64,000 nucleotides of DNA from an uncultured Actinomycetota bacterium (GTDB taxonomy: Bacteria; Actinomycetota; Actinomycetes; JAHEKZ01). Under the pieces are notes generated by a model. The model saw nothing but the letters and a program-made list of their open reading frames with translations, ran no database searches and was not told where the DNA came from. Position numbers and translations under genes: made by a program. Positions 35,131 through 47,488 of this stretch are shown here, in pieces. The stretch spans positions 608,001 through 672,000 of the forward strand of contig CAVQYR010000001.1 of the NCBI GenBank assembly GCA_963718235.1, read 5' to 3'. Numbering within the stretch: position 1 is the stretch's first letter; each line of letters starts with the position of its first letter.

Positions 35131-36423
35131 TCAGGTGGCCGGGAACAGGCCGAGCCGAGCGTGGTACTCCTTGGCGAGCCGGGTGGTGTCCGAGCCGATG
35201 TACAGCCCGCGGGACGTGGCCACCAGCTCCTGCGCCCCGACCCCACGAGCCCGGCCCGGGTTCCAGGCGAGGGCGCTGCCGTCGATCGGGCTGACCGCCC
35301 CCACCCCCTCGCGAGGCACCGCGTTGGGCCCGGCGCAGTTGCTGCAGTACGGGTTGTTCAGCCACCGCTGGTGGCCACCCACGTAGACGGCTGCGGGAGT
35401 CACTGCCACCGACCACAAGGTGTCGCCGCCGGTGTAGTTGACCCACGTCGGCTGGGCGCTGGTGGACGTCGGGGTCAGCTCCCACCGTGAGACCGTGTCG
35501 CACAGACCGGCGCTCGACGGGGATGCGTAGCCGCCCCGGGCGGACAAAGCGAACCAGTCGTTGGTCGGCGCGATCTCGACGTCGGTGAAGAAGAAGGACA
35601 CTGACGCACCGCACGCGTACGACGTGCGGGGGCTCTGCCAGGGGGTCAGCGTGTTGCTCTGCAGGTCGATGATCGCGACCTGGTTGCGGCTCACCCCGGC
35701 GACGGTCAGGAAGTTGCCGAGGACGATCAGGTACCGGCCGTCAGTCGTCGCATCCATCTCCCACACGAACGAGTTGGGCTGGACGGCGGGCTTGCGAGAT
35801 CCAGCGACGGGCAGGTCGAAGCCAGTGGCCACCGCGCCGGTCACGGCGTTCACCGAGGCCAGGCCCTGACGGGACACCCCGCCGATGCTGGTGAACTCGC
35901 CACCCACGAGCAGGCGGTTGCCTCTCAGGAGGACCTTGTTGACCGTGCTGTTCGTGACGGCGGAGAACGCACGGATCCGCGAACCGTCGGCCAGGCTCAG
36001 CTTGACGAGCCCCCGCTGGGCCTTTCCGTTGACGGTCCGGAAGGCGCCGCCGACGATCACCGCACCCGGCTCGGGTGCGGCGACGACCGTCTCGACCCTG
36101 CCGTCGAGCACGGGGGCGAACGCGCCGAGGACCCGTCCGGTCGAGGCGTCGTAGGCGATCAGGTTGGACCGATTGATGGTCGCCGTGTTGGCCGCGTTGC
36201 GCACCTGGGTGAAGGAGCCGCCGACCACCACGGTGCCGCCGACCTCCGCGATCGCGCGCACGGTGCCGTCGAGCACGTGGGGGGTGTTGTCGACCGGGTT
36301 GGCCGAGACCACCTTGGGGAGCGGAGCGCTCACGGCGGTCGCCGGGGCAGCGACGGACCCGAGGACGAGCGCGGTCGGCAGGGCCAGGACCCCGGCGAGG
36401 AGCCATCTCCTGGACTGGACCAT
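35131..36423 (-). CDS. Secreted beta-propeller-like hypothetical protein
   Basis: Signal peptide with SRR; repeated blade-like motifs 'VVGGSFT', 'IVGGAFR', 'LVGGEFT', 'VLGNFL' and 'YVGGH'. Confidence 0.8.
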   Translation of the reverse strand: MVQSRRWLLAGVLALPTALVLGSVAAPATAVSAPLPKVVSANPVDNTPHVLDGTVRAIAEVGGTVVVGGSFTQVRNAANTATINRSNLIAYDASTGRVLGAFAPVLDGRVETVVAAPEPGAVIVGGAFRTVNGKAQRGLVKLSLADGSRIRAFSAVTNSTVNKVLLRGNRLLVGGEFTSIGGVSRQGLASVNAVTGAVATGFDLPVAGSRKPAVQPNSFVWEMDATTDGRYLIVLGNFLTVAGVSRNQVAIIDLQSNTLTPWQSPRTSYACGASVSFFFTDVEIAPTNDWFALSARGGYASPSSAGLCDTVSRWELTPTSTSAQPTWVNYTGGDTLWSVAVTPAAVYVGGHQRWLNNPYCSNCAGPNAVPREGVGAVSPIDGSALAWNPGRARGVGAQELVATSRGLYIGSDTTRLAKEYHARLGLFPAT

Positions 36424-36544
36424 GTATGTCCCCGTTCCGGTGCGTCGAGCGGTCGGTCGAAGGCTACTGGCTCCCGCGGTCAGATCCTCCGGAGCGCGCC
36501 GAGGGGTGGATGGGGCGCGGTATGCGGTCGGTCACACTGGGTCG

Positions 36545-37237
36545 GTGTCCACCGCCGATCTGATGAAGCACCCCGCCGACGTCGCCGCCATGTTCGACCA
36601 GGTCGCGGACCGCTACGACCTGGCCAACGACGTGCTGTCGCTGGGTCAGGACCGGCGCTGGCGCCGGATGGTCGTCCAGGCAGTGGACCCTCGCCCGGGG
36701 CAGCGAATCCTCGACCTTGCCGCGGGCACGGGTACGTCGAGCGAGCCGTTCGCCCGGGCCGGCGCCGAGGTCGTGCCCTGCGACTTCTCGCTGGGGATGC
36801 TGCAGGTCGGGAAGCGACGCAACCCGAAGCGAGCGTTCACGGCAGGTGACGGGATGAGGCTCCCGTTCGCTGACCATGCGTTCGACGCGGTCACGATCTC
36901 GTTCGGGTTACGCAACATCCACGACCCGCACGCGGGGCTCGGCGAGATGCTGCGCGTCACGCGCCCCGGCGGTCGGCTGGTCGTGTGCGAGTTCAGCCAT
37001 CCCACCTCGGCGCCGTTTCGCACGCTGTACCTCGAGTACCTCATGAAGGCGCTCCCGCGGATGGCCCAGGCCGTCTCCAGCAACCCGGTGGCGTACGTGT
37101 ACCTGGCCGAGTCGATCCGGGCCTGGCCCGACCAGGCCCAGCTGGCGCACTGGCTGGGCCGGGCCGGTTGGCAGCACGTCGCCTGGCGGGACGTGTCGGG
37201 GGGGATCGTCACGCTGCACCGGGGGACCAAGCCCTAG
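36545..37237 (+). CDS. menG: Demethylmenaquinone methyltransferase (MenG/UbiE)
   Basis: 'VAAMFD...[13 protein letters not shown]', 'LDLAAGTG', 'ISFGLRN' and 'YLAESI'. GTG is 6 nt after CACACT. Confidence 0.96.
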   Translation: MSTADLMKHPADVAAMFDQVADRYDLANDVLSLGQDRRWRRMVVQAVDPRPGQRILDLAAGTGTSSEPFARAGAEVVPCDFSLGMLQVGKRRNPKRAFTAGDGMRLPFADHAFDAVTISFGLRNIHDPHAGLGEMLRVTRPGGRLVVCEFSHPTSAPFRTLYLEYLMKALPRMAQAVSSNPVAYVYLAESIRAWPDQAQLAHWLGRAGWQHVAWRDVSGGIVTLHRGTKP

Positions 37238-37290
37238 GCAGACGCTGAGTGCCTCGGCAGTGCCGGTCTGCGGGCCTCGACTGCGCGTCC

Positions 37291-37324
37291 TACACTGCAA
37301 CTGCTCGTGAAGGCTTTCACAAGC
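37291..37324 (+). promoter_or_regulatory. -10 box (TACACT) followed by a Rex-type operator
   Basis: TCGTGAA-GGCT-TTCACAA at 37305-37322 has one mismatch to TTGTGAA-N4-TTCACAA. Confidence 0.72.
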
Positions 37325-37343
37325 GCGCCCCCTGCGAGGACCC

Positions 37344-38651
37344 GTGACTGCGACTGCCCGCCCGGCCGACCGCCGCGACGACGCCGACGTGATCGTCGTC
37401 GGTGCCGGGCCCGCCGGCTCGACGACGGCCCACCACCTGGCCCGGTCGGGCCTGGACGTCCTGCTCCTGGAGAAGACCGCGTTCCCCCGGGAGAAGGTCT
37501 GCGGTGACGGACTCACCCCCCGCGCGGTCAAGGAGCTGCTAGCGATCGGTGTCGAGCCGAGCGCCGAGAGCGGCTGGGTCCGCAACCACGGCCTGCGGAT
37601 CATCGGGGGTGGCATGCGCCTGGAGCTGCCGTGGCCGGAGCTCTCGTCGTTTCCGGACTACGGGCTCGTCCGCACCAGGACCGACTTCGACGAGATCGTC
37701 GCCCGGCAGGCCCAGAAGGCCGGAGCCCGGCTCCACGAACGGACCACGGTCACCGGGCCCGTCCTCGACGCCCAAGGGTCGATCGTCGGGGTGACCGCGC
37801 GAACCACCGAGCCGGACGGTGCCCGCGGACCCGCCACCGAGTTCCGGGCTCCACTGGTGGTCGCTGCGGACGGCAACTCCACCCGGCTGTCCCTGGCGAT
37901 GGGACTGCGCAAGCGCGACGACCGGCCCATGGGGGTGGCCGTGCGCACGTACTACACGAGCCCGCGCACCGACGACGACTGGCTGGAGTCCTGGCTGGAG
38001 CTGTGGCAGGAGCACGAGGGCGGCGCCCGCAGCCTGCTGCCCGGCTACGGCTGGATCTTCGGTGTCGGGGACGGCACCGTCAACGTCGGACTCGGAATCC
38101 TCAACTCCAGCTCGGCCTTCGGCCGAGTCGACTACCGCAACCTGCTCACGAGCTGGGTCGAGAGCACGCCGGAGGAGTGGGGCCTGCGGGAGGCCAACCG
38201 CACCCAGCCGGTCCGCGGCGCCGCGCTGCCGATGGGCTTCAACCGGACCCCTCACTACACGCGAGGTCTCCTGCTGGTCGGCGACGCCGGGGGGATGGTC
38301 AACCCGTTCAACGGGGAGGGCATCGCGTACGCCATGGAGTCGGGGCGGATGGCGGCCGACGTCATCGTCCAGGCTGCGGGCCGGGAGACCGCGTCCTCCC
38401 GTGAGCGAGCCCTGGAGGCCTACCCGCAGGCCCTCAAGGACGCGTACGGCGGCTACTACACGCTGGGGCGGGTCTTCGTGAAGCTGATCGGCCACCCCTC
38501 GGTGATGAAGGTGGCCACCCGCCACGGGCTCCCGCACCCGACGCTGATGCGGTTCACCCTGAAGCTGCTCGCCAACCTGACCGACCCCCGAGACGGCGAC
38601 GCCATGGACCGGGTCATCAACGCCCTGACGAAGGTGGCCCCCGCCGCGTGA
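37344..38651 (+). CDS. menJ: Menaquinone side-chain reductase (geranylgeranyl reductase family)
   Basis: 'VGAGPAG', 'FPREKVCGDGLTPRAV', 'PGYGWIF' and 'GDAGGMVNPFNGEGI'; lies between menG and nuoA. Confidence 0.88.
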   Translation: MTATARPADRRDDADVIVVGAGPAGSTTAHHLARSGLDVLLLEKTAFPREKVCGDGLTPRAVKELLAIGVEPSAESGWVRNHGLRIIGGGMRLELPWPELSSFPDYGLVRTRTDFDEIVARQAQKAGARLHERTTVTGPVLDAQGSIVGVTARTTEPDGARGPATEFRAPLVVAADGNSTRLSLAMGLRKRDDRPMGVAVRTYYTSPRTDDDWLESWLELWQEHEGGARSLLPGYGWIFGVGDGTVNVGLGILNSSSAFGRVDYRNLLTSWVESTPEEWGLREANRTQPVRGAALPMGFNRTPHYTRGLLLVGDAGGMVNPFNGEGIAYAMESGRMAADVIVQAAGRETASSRERALEAYPQALKDAYGGYYTLGRVFVKLIGHPSVMKVATRHGLPHPTLMRFTLKLLANLTDPRDGDAMDRVINALTKVAPAA

Positions 38652-38733
38652 CCGGGAGCCACGTCCCTAGGATGGGCGCCGGTCCGGAGCCGGTCGCCGG
38701 GCGTCACGACTTTCGGGAAAGGGGCCGTGCACG

Positions 38734-39093
38734 ATGAACGCTGCGGTGCCGATCCTCTTCCTCGGGGCACTGGCCCTGGGGTTCGCGGTCTTCTCCATCA
38801 TCGCCGGCGCAGTGTCGGGTCCGAAGCGGTACAACCGGGTCAAGCTCGACTCCTACGAGTGCGGCATCGAGCCCACGCCGCAACCGGTCGGTGGCGGTCG
38901 GTTCCCGGTCAAGTACTTCCTGATCGCGATGCTGTTCATCCTGTTCGACATCGAGATCGTCTTCCTCTACCCGTGGGCGGTCGCCTTCGACCAGCTCGGG
39001 CTGTTCGGCCTGGTGGAGATGGTGCTGTTCATCACGACGCTCGCCATCGCCTACGTGTACGTGTGGCGCCGCGGCGGGCTCGAGTGGGACTGA
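38734..39093 (+). CDS. nuoA: NADH-quinone oxidoreductase subunit A
   Basis: 'YECGIEP' and '[11 protein letters not shown]'. Confidence 0.96.
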   Translation: MNAAVPILFLGALALGFAVFSIIAGAVSGPKRYNRVKLDSYECGIEPTPQPVGGGRFPVKYFLIAMLFILFDIEIVFLYPWAVAFDQLGLFGLVEMVLFITTLAIAYVYVWRRGGLEWD

Positions 39094-39121
39094 TGCCGGT
39101 GAGCAGAGAGGGGACCGCCTG

Positions 39122-39676
39122 ATGGGCCTGGAGGAGAAGCTCCCCAGCGGAGTGCTGCTGACCTCGGTCGAGCTGTTCGCCGGCTGGGCGCGCAAGAGCT
39201 CGCTGTGGCCGGCGACGTTCGGTCTCGCCTGCTGCGCGATCGAGATGATGGCGACCGGCGCGGGTCGCTACGACCTGGCCCGCTTCGGCATGGAGGTGTT
39301 CCGGGCGTCGCCGCGCCAGGCTGACCTGATGATCGTGGCCGGTCGGGTGAGCCAGAAGATGGCACCGGTCCTGCGTCAGATCTACGACCAGATGGCCGAA
39401 CCCAAGTGGGTCATCTCGATGGGTGCCTGCGCCTCGAGCGGCGGCATGTTCAACAACTACGCGATCGTGCAGGGTGTCGACCACGTCGTCCCCGTCGACA
39501 TCTACCTGCCCGGATGCCCACCCCGGCCCGAGATGCTGCTCGATGCGATCCTGAAGCTGCACGACGAGATCCAGCACACCAAGCTCGGCGCCCACCGCAA
39601 GCGCGAGCTCGACGAGCTCGAGGCATCGGCGCTGACGGCGGTCCCGACGAGCGCGATGAAGGGGCTGCTGGCGTGA
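39122..39676 (+). CDS. nuoB: NADH-quinone oxidoreductase subunit B
   Basis: 'GLACCAIEM', 'SPRQAD' and 'PGCPPRPE'. Confidence 0.97.
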   Translation: MGLEEKLPSGVLLTSVELFAGWARKSSLWPATFGLACCAIEMMATGAGRYDLARFGMEVFRASPRQADLMIVAGRVSQKMAPVLRQIYDQMAEPKWVISMGACASSGGMFNNYAIVQGVDHVVPVDIYLPGCPPRPEMLLDAILKLHDEIQHTKLGAHRKRELDELEASALTAVPTSAMKGLLA

Positions 39677-40380
39677 CCGACCCGCACGACGACCCCGCGC
39701 TTCCGGCCGTGCCGGAGGACGCCCCGATCACCTTGGACGTGGTCGAGGTGCGGCACGGCATGTTCGGGGCGGGCGACGCTGGTGACACCAGTGGCTACGG
39801 GGGCCTGGTCGCCCCGGTCCTGGCCGCTCCGCCGGCATCCCGGCCGTACGGAGGGTGGTTCGACGAGGTCGCCGACGCCCTGGTCGCTGCCCTGCCGGGC
39901 TACGACGAGGCCGTCGAGAAGGTCGTCGTGGCCCACGACGAGCTGACATTCTTCGTCGCCCGCGAGCACCTCGTCGAGTTCGCCCAGCACCTGCGTGACG
40001 ACCCCGCACTGCGGTTCGAGATGTGTCTGGGGGTCAGCGGAGTCCACTGGCCGCACGAGTCCGGCCGTGAGCTGCACGCGGTGTACCCGTTCCTGTCGAT
40101 CACGCACAACCGACGGGTCCGGGTCACTGTGACGTGCCCTGACGCCGACCCGCACATCCCCTCGATCTACTCGGTGTACCCGGCCAACGACTGGCACGAG
40201 CGTGAGACCTACGACTTCTTCGGCATCATCTTCGACGGGCACCCGTCGCTGACCAGGATCGAGATGCCCGACGACTGGCCCGGGCACCCGCAGCGCAAGG
40301 ACTACCCGCTGGGTGGCATCCCGGTCGAGTACAAGGGTGCCGAGATCCCACCGCCGGACGAGCGGAGGCAGTACTTCTGA
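39673..40380 (+). CDS. nuoC: NADH-quinone oxidoreductase subunit C
   Basis: '[18 protein letters not shown]' and 'GHPQRKDYP'; GTGA overlap with nuoB. Confidence 0.96.
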   Translation: MTDPHDDPALPAVPEDAPITLDVVEVRHGMFGAGDAGDTSGYGGLVAPVLAAPPASRPYGGWFDEVADALVAALPGYDEAVEKVVVAHDELTFFVAREHLVEFAQHLRDDPALRFEMCLGVSGVHWPHESGRELHAVYPFLSITHNRRVRVTVTCPDADPHIPSIYSVYPANDWHERETYDFFGIIFDGHPSLTRIEMPDDWPGHPQRKDYPLGGIPVEYKGAEIPPPDERRQYF

Positions 40381-41741
40381 TGACCACGACCGACCAGCAC
40401 CCCTATGACGACCCCGACGTCTCCGCGCCGTCACGGGAGACCACCGAGGGCCGCATCTACACCGTGACCGGCGGCGACTGGGACACGTTCGCGGCAGAGG
40501 CGGCCGAGTCGGGTGAGGGCACGCTCGTCGTCAACATGGGGCCGCAGCACCCCTCGACCCACGGTGTGCTCCGGCTGATCCTCGAGCTCGACGGCGAGAC
40601 CGTGCGCGAGACGCGCTGCGGCATCGGCTACCTGCACACCGGGATCGAGAAGAACCTGGAGTTCCGCACCTGGACGCAGGGCGTCACCTTCGTGACCCGG
40701 ATGGACTACCTGTCGCCGTTCTACAACGAGACCGCCTACAGCATGGCCGTGGAGAAGCTGCTGGGGATCACCGACGACGTCCCTCGCCGGGCCAACCTGC
40801 TGCGGATCCTGCTCATGGAGCTCAACCGGATCTCCTCGCACCTGGTGTGCATCGCGACCGGCGGCATGGAGATCGGCGCCCTCACCGTGATGACGATCGG
40901 CTTCCGGGAGCGCGAGCTGGTGCTCGACCTGTTCGAGCTGATCACCGGACTCCGGCTCAACCACGCCTACGTGCGCCCTGGAGGCGTCGCCCAGGACCTC
41001 CCGGACGGTGCGTACGAGGACATCCGCGACTTCTACGTGCTCATGTCCGAGCGGATCAAGGACTACATCGACCTGTGCAACGAGAACCCGATCTTCAAGG
41101 GGCGGTTGCAGGACGTCGGGTACCTCGACCTGGCCGGGTGCATGGCCCTGGGCATGACCGGGCCGGTGCTCCGCTCCACGGGGCTGCCCTGGGACCTCCG
41201 CCGCACCCAGCCGTACCTCGGCTACGACGAGCTCGAGTTCGACGTCCCCACGTGGGACACCTGCGACGCCTACGGGCGCTTCCGGATCCGGCTGGAGGAG
41301 ATGGTCGAGTCCCTGCGCATCATCAAGCAGGTGGCCATCGCGCTCGAGGACGAGGGGCCGGGGCCGGTCATGGTCGGCGACCCCAAGATCGCGTGGCCGG
41401 CGCAGCTGTCCCTCGGCCCCGACGGGCTGGGCAACTCCCGCGCGCACATCGAGCACATCATGACCCAGTCGATGGAGGCGCTCATCCATCACTTCAAGCT
41501 CGTCACCGAGGGCTTCCGGGTGCCGGCCGGGCAGGTCTACGCGGCGATCGAGTCACCGCGGGGCGAGCTCGGTGCGCAGGTCACCAGCGACGGCGGCACA
41601 CGCCCCTACCGGATGCACATGCGCGACCCCTCGTTCAACAACCTGCAGGCCACGGCGGCCATGTGCGACGGCAGCCAGATCGCCGACGTGATCGTGGCCG
41701 TGGCATCGATCGACCCGGTCATGGGCGGTGTCGACCGATGA
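40380..41741 (+). CDS. nuoD: NADH-quinone oxidoreductase subunit D
   Basis: '[15 protein letters not shown]', 'GYLHTGIEK', 'RMDY' and C-terminal 'GGVDR'. Confidence 0.97.
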   Translation: MTTTDQHPYDDPDVSAPSRETTEGRIYTVTGGDWDTFAAEAAESGEGTLVVNMGPQHPSTHGVLRLILELDGETVRETRCGIGYLHTGIEKNLEFRTWTQGVTFVTRMDYLSPFYNETAYSMAVEKLLGITDDVPRRANLLRILLMELNRISSHLVCIATGGMEIGALTVMTIGFRERELVLDLFELITGLRLNHAYVRPGGVAQDLPDGAYEDIRDFYVLMSERIKDYIDLCNENPIFKGRLQDVGYLDLAGCMALGMTGPVLRSTGLPWDLRRTQPYLGYDELEFDVPTWDTCDAYGRFRIRLEEMVESLRIIKQVAIALEDEGPGPVMVGDPKIAWPAQLSLGPDGLGNSRAHIEHIMTQSMEALIHHFKLVTEGFRVPAGQVYAAIESPRGELGAQVTSDGGTRPYRMHMRDPSFNNLQATAAMCDGSQIADVIVAVASIDPVMGGVDR

Positions 41742-42426
41742 GGCCGACCACCAGGGGAAGGTGAACTCAGCAATGGCGATCAGCGACCCCGTGCGTGGGC
41801 AGATGCGCGAGATCCGCGCGCGGTACCCGCGCAATCGCTCGGCCGTGATGCCGTGCCTGCACCTCGCTCAGTCGGTCGAGGGGTACATCAGCCCCGAGGC
41901 GATCGGCGTCGTCGCCGAGGAGCTCGACCTGACCCAGGCCGAGGTCACCGCGGTCGCCACCTTCTACACGATGTACCTGCGGGGTCAGGGCGGGGAGTAC
42001 CGGATCGGCGTCTGCATCAACTCCCTGTGCGCGATCCTGGGTGGTGACGACATCTGGGAGTCACTGGTCGACTACGTCGGAGTGGGCAACTTCGAGACGA
42101 CGCCCGACGGCAAGATCTCGCTGGAGCGGATCGAGTGCCAGGCGGCATGCACCCACGCTCCGGTGATGACGGTCAACTGGGAGTTCCTGGACAACCAGAC
42201 GCCCGAGAGCGCCCGCGAGCTCGTCGAGACCATCCGAAGCGGCGGCCCGGTGGCCAGCACCCGTGGGCCACGGGAGGTCGCGTCGTTCGCAACGGTCGGC
42301 GAGGCCCTCGCCGGCGTCGATGACCGGCTGGCCGACTCCGACGTCGGGCTGGACGACCTCACCCTGGTCGGGCTGCGGGTCGCACGTGAGCGCGGACACT
42401 CCGCACCACCGGTCGGGGAGGACTGA
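41728..42426 (+). CDS. nuoE: NADH-quinone oxidoreductase subunit E
   Basis: 'VATFYTMY' and 'CINSLC...CQAAC' 2Fe-2S ligands. Start may instead be 41761 or 41773. Confidence 0.94.
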   Translation: MSTDEADHQGKVNSAMAISDPVRGQMREIRARYPRNRSAVMPCLHLAQSVEGYISPEAIGVVAEELDLTQAEVTAVATFYTMYLRGQGGEYRIGVCINSLCAILGGDDIWESLVDYVGVGNFETTPDGKISLERIECQAACTHAPVMTVNWEFLDNQTPESARELVETIRSGGPVASTRGPREVASFATVGEALAGVDDRLADSDVGLDDLTLVGLRVARERGHSAPPVGED

Positions 42427-42429
42427 GCC

Positions 42430-43731
42430 ATGACCCTCACCCCCGTCCTCACCGAGCACTGGGACGACCCTGCGCTGCACACCCTCGAGGGCTACCGCCG
42501 ACACGGCGGGTACGAGTCGTTGCCCGTCGCCTTCGCCATGGACCAGGACGACGTCATCGCCCGGGTGAAGGACTCGGGGCTGCGCGGTCGAGGCGGCGCT
42601 GGCTTCCCCACGGGGCTCAAGTGGAGCTTCGTCCCGCAGGGCGACGGCAAGCCGCACTACCTGGTGGTCAACGCCGACGAGTCCGAGCCGGGAGCCTGCA
42701 AGGACGTCCCGTTGATGATGGTCGACCCGCACGCGCTGGTCGAGGGAGTCATCGTCACCTCCTACGCGATCCGGGCCAACCAGGCCTTCATCTACGTCCG
42801 TGGTGAGGTCCCGTTCGTGATCAGGCGGGTCCGTCGGGCGGTCCAGGAGGCCTACGACGCCGGCTACCTCGGACGTGACATCCAGGGGACGGGTTTCGAC
42901 CTCGACGTCGTCGTCCACGCCGGCGCCGGTGCGTACATCTGCGGGGAGGAGACGGCGCTGCTGGACTCCCTCGAGGGGTTCCGTGGGCAGCCCAGGCTCA
43001 AGCCCCCCTTCCCGGCGGTCGCCGGTCTCTACGCGGCCCCGACGGTGATCAACAACGTCGAGACGATCATGAACGTCCCGTACATCCTCAACCGTGGGGT
43101 CGAGTGGTTCCGGTCGTTCGGCACCGAGAAGTCCCCGGGGTTCAAGGTGTTCGCGATGTCGGGGCACGTGTCGAGGCCCGGGATCTACGAGGCGCCGCTC
43201 GGGACGCCCTTTGCCGAGCTCCTCGACTACGCAGGCGGCATGCGTGACGGGCACGAGCTCAAGTTCTGGCTGCCCGGCGGCTCCAGCGTCCCGCTGCTGA
43301 CCGCAGAGCACGCTGACACCCCGATGACCTACGAGGACATCGCCGCGGTCGGGTCGATGCTCGGCACGGGTACGCCGATGGTCTTCGACGAGACCACCAG
43401 CGTGGTCCGCGCGGTGGCACGATGGATCGAGTTCTACAAGCACGAGTCCTGCGGCAAGTGCACCCCGTGCCGCGAAGGCACCTACTGGCTGGTCGACCTC
43501 TTACGCAAGTTCGACGAGGGCCGAGCCGCTGCCGACGACCTGCAGAAGACCCTCGACGTCGGCGAACAGATCATGGGGCGTTCGTTCTGTGCGCTCGGTG
43601 ACGCCGCAGCGACTCCCTACCCGTCGGCGATGAAGTACTTCCGGGCCGAGTTCGAAGCCGGCACGCACACGCCCGTCCACGAGGACTTCCCACCAGCGGC
43701 CTCGACCGTCTTCACCGGAGTCAGCGTCTGA
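42430..43731 (+). CDS. nuoF: NADH-quinone oxidoreductase subunit F
   Basis: 'SGLRGRGGAGFPTG', 'GAGAYICGEETAL' and 'ESCGKCTPCREG'. Confidence 0.97.
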   Translation: MTLTPVLTEHWDDPALHTLEGYRRHGGYESLPVAFAMDQDDVIARVKDSGLRGRGGAGFPTGLKWSFVPQGDGKPHYLVVNADESEPGACKDVPLMMVDPHALVEGVIVTSYAIRANQAFIYVRGEVPFVIRRVRRAVQEAYDAGYLGRDIQGTGFDLDVVVHAGAGAYICGEETALLDSLEGFRGQPRLKPPFPAVAGLYAAPTVINNVETIMNVPYILNRGVEWFRSFGTEKSPGFKVFAMSGHVSRPGIYEAPLGTPFAELLDYAGGMRDGHELKFWLPGGSSVPLLTAEHADTPMTYEDIAAVGSMLGTGTPMVFDETTSVVRAVARWIEFYKHESCGKCTPCREGTYWLVDLLRKFDEGRAAADDLQKTLDVGEQIMGRSFCALGDAAATPYPSAMKYFRAEFEAGTHTPVHEDFPPAASTVFTGVSV

Positions 43732-46142
43732 TGACCGTCACGACCCCCGTCACCACAGGCGTCGCACCCGTCGACCCAGTCGACACCGTCACGCTGACCG
43801 TCGACGGCATCGAGATCGCCGTGCCCAAGGGCACGCTCATCATCCGTGCGGCCGAGCAGGTGGGCGTGGCCGTGCCGCGGTTCTGCGACCACCCCCTGCT
43901 CGAACCGGTGGCCGCCTGCCGCATGTGCCTCATCGAGGTCGAGGGCCAGCCCAAGCCCCAGCCGGCCTGTGCGGTCACCTGTTCGGACGGCATGGTGGTG
44001 CGCACCCAGCTCACCTCGCCCGTCGCCGACGAGGCTCAGCGCGGGGTGATGGAGTTCCTCCTCATCAACCACCCGCTCGACTGCCCGGTCTGTGACAAGG
44101 GTGGCGAGTGCCCCCTGCAGAACCAGGCGATGACCGAGGGCAACGCCGAGACCCGGTTCGACGGCGCGAAGCGACTGTTCCCCAAACCGATCAACGTGTC
44201 GGCCCAGGTGCTGCTCGACCGGGAGCGCTGCGTGTCGTGCGCCCGTTGCACTCGGTTCTCCGAGCAGATCGCCGGAGACCCGTTCATCGAGCTGCTCGAG
44301 CGTGGGGCGAACCAGCAGGTGGGGATCGCACAGGACGTGCCGTTCAACTCCTACTACTCGGGCAACACGATCCAGATCTGCCCGGTCGGTGCACTGACCA
44401 GTGCGCTGTACCGCTTCCGGGCCCGCCCCTTCGACCTGGTCTCGACCCAGACCACCTGCGAGCACTGCGCCTCAGGGTGTCAGCTGCGCACCGACGTGCG
44501 ACGTGGCTCGATCATGCGCAGGCTCGCCTCCAGCGACCCGACGGTCAACGAGGACTGGAACTGCGACAAGGGACGCTTCGCGTTCCGTTACGTCGAGTCC
44601 GACGACCGGATCACCCATCCGATGGTCCGCGACGGTGAGGAGGGGGCGTTGCGGGTCGCGTCCTGGCCGGAGGCACTCGACGCCGCCGCCCGCGGACTGC
44701 GGGCCGCCGGCCCCCGTACCGGGGTGATGGCCGGTGGGCGCCTGACGGTGGAGGACGCCTACGCCTACGCCAAGTTCGCCAGGGTCGTGCTGAAGAACAA
44801 CAACGTCGACTTCCGGGCCCGTGCGGGGTCCGAGGAGGAGGCAGCCTTCCTGGGGTCTACGGTCGCCGGTACCCGGATGTCGACGACGTACGCGGACCTC
44901 GAGGCCGCCCCGACCGTGCTGCTCGTGGCCTTCGAGCCAGAGGACGAGTCACCGATCGTGCAGCTGCGGCTGCGCAAGGCGGCCCGTCGCGGGTCGACGA
45001 AGGTGTTCAGCGTGGGCGCTGTGGCCACGCGCGGTCTGGCCAAGCTCGACGGCGAGCTCGTAACGACCGTGCCCGGTGAGGAGCCCCGGGCGCTCGACAC
45101 ACTGGCCGACGAGGGCAGCACCGTCGGCCAGGCACTGCGCAAGCGGGGGGCCGTCATCGTCGTGGGTGAGCGCGCGGCCGGGCTGCCGGGAACCCTGAGC
45201 GCCGTCCTTCGGCTGGCGCAGGCGACCGGCGCGAGCGTGGCGTGGGTCCCCCGTAGGGCCGGAGAGCGTGGCGCGGTCGAGAGCGGACTGCTGCCGGGGC
45301 TGCTGCCCGGTGGTCGCCCGGTGTCCGACGCTGCGGCTCGGGTCGATGCGGCGGCCGTGTGGGGTGTGGACTCCGTGCCCGACGAGCCGGGTCTCGACCT
45401 TCCGACGATGGTGGCCGACTGTGCATCAGGTGCGCTCTCCGCCGTCGTCGTCGCCGGGCTCGACCTCGACGACCTGCCCGACTCCGACGCAGCGGTCGCC
45501 GCCCTGGACACCGTCGACTTCGTGGTGGCGCTGGACACCCACCGGCACGATGTCACCGAGCGCGCCGACGTCGTGCTCCCGGTGGCGGCTGCGCCCGAGA
45601 AGGCGGGCTCCTACCTGAACTGGGAGGGGCGGGACCGACCGTTCGGGCAGGCGGTTCGGCATGCGGCCGTCCTGTCCGATGCCCGGGTCCTCAGCTGGCT
45701 GGCCGCCGAGCTCGATGTCGACCTCGGGCTGGACACCCTCGACCGGACCCGCGCCGAGCTCGCGCAGTTCGACGCGTGGGGTGGCACGAGGGTGGCCGCA
45801 CCGGAGGTCGCTCCTGCCGACCCGGCGCAGCCGTCCGGGCGTGAGCTCGTGCTCGCCGGCTGGCGCGCACTCATCGACCCGTCGGTCATGCAGGACGGCG
45901 AGCCGTACCTGGCAGCCACCGCACGGCCCCTGGTCGCGCGGGTGGCCCCGCGAACCGCGGCTGACCTCGGGCTCGCCGACGGCGACGACGTCACCGTCTC
46001 CGGAGCGTCCGGTGCGGTCCGCCGCAGGATCGAGGTCGTGCCCATGGCTGCGGGAGTCGTCGCGCTGACCGAGCACGTCCACCGAGAGCTGGGTGTGGCT
46101 CCCGGTGCGGTCGTCACCGTGAGCGGCGGAGGTGCCGCATGA
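43731..46142 (+). CDS. nuoG: NADH-quinone oxidoreductase subunit G
   Basis: 'PRFCDH', 'CRMC', '[18 protein letters not shown]', 'CVSCARC' and 'CEHCASGC'. Confidence 0.97.
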   Translation: MTVTTPVTTGVAPVDPVDTVTLTVDGIEIAVPKGTLIIRAAEQVGVAVPRFCDHPLLEPVAACRMCLIEVEGQPKPQPACAVTCSDGMVVRTQLTSPVADEAQRGVMEFLLINHPLDCPVCDKGGECPLQNQAMTEGNAETRFDGAKRLFPKPINVSAQVLLDRERCVSCARCTRFSEQIAGDPFIELLERGANQQVGIAQDVPFNSYYSGNTIQICPVGALTSALYRFRARPFDLVSTQTTCEHCASGCQLRTDVRRGSIMRRLASSDPTVNEDWNCDKGRFAFRYVESDDRITHPMVRDGEEGALRVASWPEALDAAARGLRAAGPRTGVMAGGRLTVEDAYAYAKFARVVLKNNNVDFRARAGSEEEAAFLGSTVAGTRMSTTYADLEAAPTVLLVAFEPEDESPIVQLRLRKAARRGSTKVFSVGAVATRGLAKLDGELVTTVPGEEPRALDTLADEGSTVGQALRKRGAVIVVGERAAGLPGTLSAVLRLAQATGASVAWVPRRAGERGAVESGLLPGLLPGGRPVSDAAARVDAAAVWGVDSVPDEPGLDLPTMVADCASGALSAVVVAGLDLDDLPDSDAAVAALDTVDFVVALDTHRHDVTERADVVLPVAAAPEKAGSYLNWEGRDRPFGQAVRHAAVLSDARVLSWLAAELDVDLGLDTLDRTRAELAQFDAWGGTRVAAPEVAPADPAQPSGRELVLAGWRALIDPSVMQDGEPYLAATARPLVARVAPRTAADLGLADGDDVTVSGASGAVRRRIEVVPMAAGVVALTEHVHRELGVAPGAVVTVSGGGAA

Positions 46143-47488
46143 GCACCCTGATGACCCTTCTGGCTGACCAGCAGGACGAGCTCACCACGGCAGCCGCGCT
46201 CGCGGACACCCCGTGGTGGTTGTCGCTGCTCAAGGCGGTCTTCATCTTCGTCTTCCTGGTGCTGTCCACGTTGATCATGATCTGGGCCGAACGTCGCGTC
46301 GTCGCCCGCATGCAGCAGCGGGTCGGGCCCAACCGAGTCGGACCGTTCGGGCTGCTCCAGGGCCTGGCCGACGGCATCAAGCTGGCGCTCAAGGAGGACA
46401 TCACCCCGACTGCCTCGGACCGTGCGGTCTTCATCCTCGCGCCGATCATCTCGGCCACCTTGTGCTTCCTGGCCTTCGCGGTGATTCCGTTCGGCCCGGT
46501 GGTCTCGGTGTTCGGTCACCTGACCCCCTTGCAGCTCAGCGACTTTCCGATCTCGGTCCTCTACGTGCTGGCGATCACCTCGATCGGGGTCTACGGCCTC
46601 GTCCTCGCTGGGTGGTCCAGCGGGTCGACGTACCCGCTGCTGGGTGGGCTGCGCTCGACGGCACAGGTGATCTCGTACGAGATCGCCATGGGTCTGTCCT
46701 TCGTCGCGGTCTTCCTGTTCGCCGGAACCATGTCCACCTCGGGCATCGTGGGGGCGCAGGAGCCGATCTGGTACGCCGTGATCTTGGCCCCTTCGTTCGT
46801 CATCTACGTGATCGCCATGGTCGGCGAGACCAACCGGGCCCCGTTCGACCTGCCTGAGGCGGAGGGTGAGCTGGTCGGCGGGTTCCACACCGAGTACAGC
46901 TCACTGAAGTTCGCACTGTTCTTCCTGGCCGAGTACATCAACATGTTCACGGTGGCCGCGCTGGCGACCACCTTGTTCCTGGGCGGCTGGCACGCACCGT
47001 GGCCGCTGAGCGCGATCGACGACGGCGTGCTGAACACCGGCTGGTGGCCGATGCTCTGGTTCGTCGGCAAGCTGTGGATCTTCATGTTCATGTTCATCTG
47101 GCTGCGCGGAACCCTCCCGAGGATGCGCTACGACCAGTTCATGCGGTTCGGCTGGAAGGTCCTGATCCCGATCTCGCTGCTGTGGATCGTCGCGGTCGCG
47201 ACGGTCCGGGCCGTCGCCACTGAGACCGACCTCGACCGCAACCGCCTGATCGCCTGGGCCGTGGTCGCCATCCTGATCCTGCTCGCGGGCACCTTCGTGT
47301 GGGACTTCGTCGCGGGCCGACGGGCGCCGGTCGAGGTCACGGAGGACGAACCCGAGACCTTCGACGCCTTCGCCGGTGGGTACCCTGTCCCGCCGTTGCC
47401 GGGTCAGCTCTCCGGCGAGGACCAGCCGGTCACCGCCGATGTCGGTCCCGGTCCCACGTCGTCCAGCGAGGAGGTCAGTGATGCCTAG
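46139..47488 (+). CDS. nuoH: NADH-quinone oxidoreductase subunit H
   Basis: '[16 protein letters not shown]' and '[19 protein letters not shown]'. Confidence 0.97.
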   Translation: MSTLMTLLADQQDELTTAAALADTPWWLSLLKAVFIFVFLVLSTLIMIWAERRVVARMQQRVGPNRVGPFGLLQGLADGIKLALKEDITPTASDRAVFILAPIISATLCFLAFAVIPFGPVVSVFGHLTPLQLSDFPISVLYVLAITSIGVYGLVLAGWSSGSTYPLLGGLRSTAQVISYEIAMGLSFVAVFLFAGTMSTSGIVGAQEPIWYAVILAPSFVIYVIAMVGETNRAPFDLPEAEGELVGGFHTEYSSLKFALFFLAEYINMFTVAALATTLFLGGWHAPWPLSAIDDGVLNTGWWPMLWFVGKLWIFMFMFIWLRGTLPRMRYDQFMRFGWKVLIPISLLWIVAVATVRAVATETDLDRNRLIAWAVVAILILLAGTFVWDFVAGRRAPVEVTEDEPETFDAFAGGYPVPPLPGQLSGEDQPVTADVGPGPTSSSEEVSDA

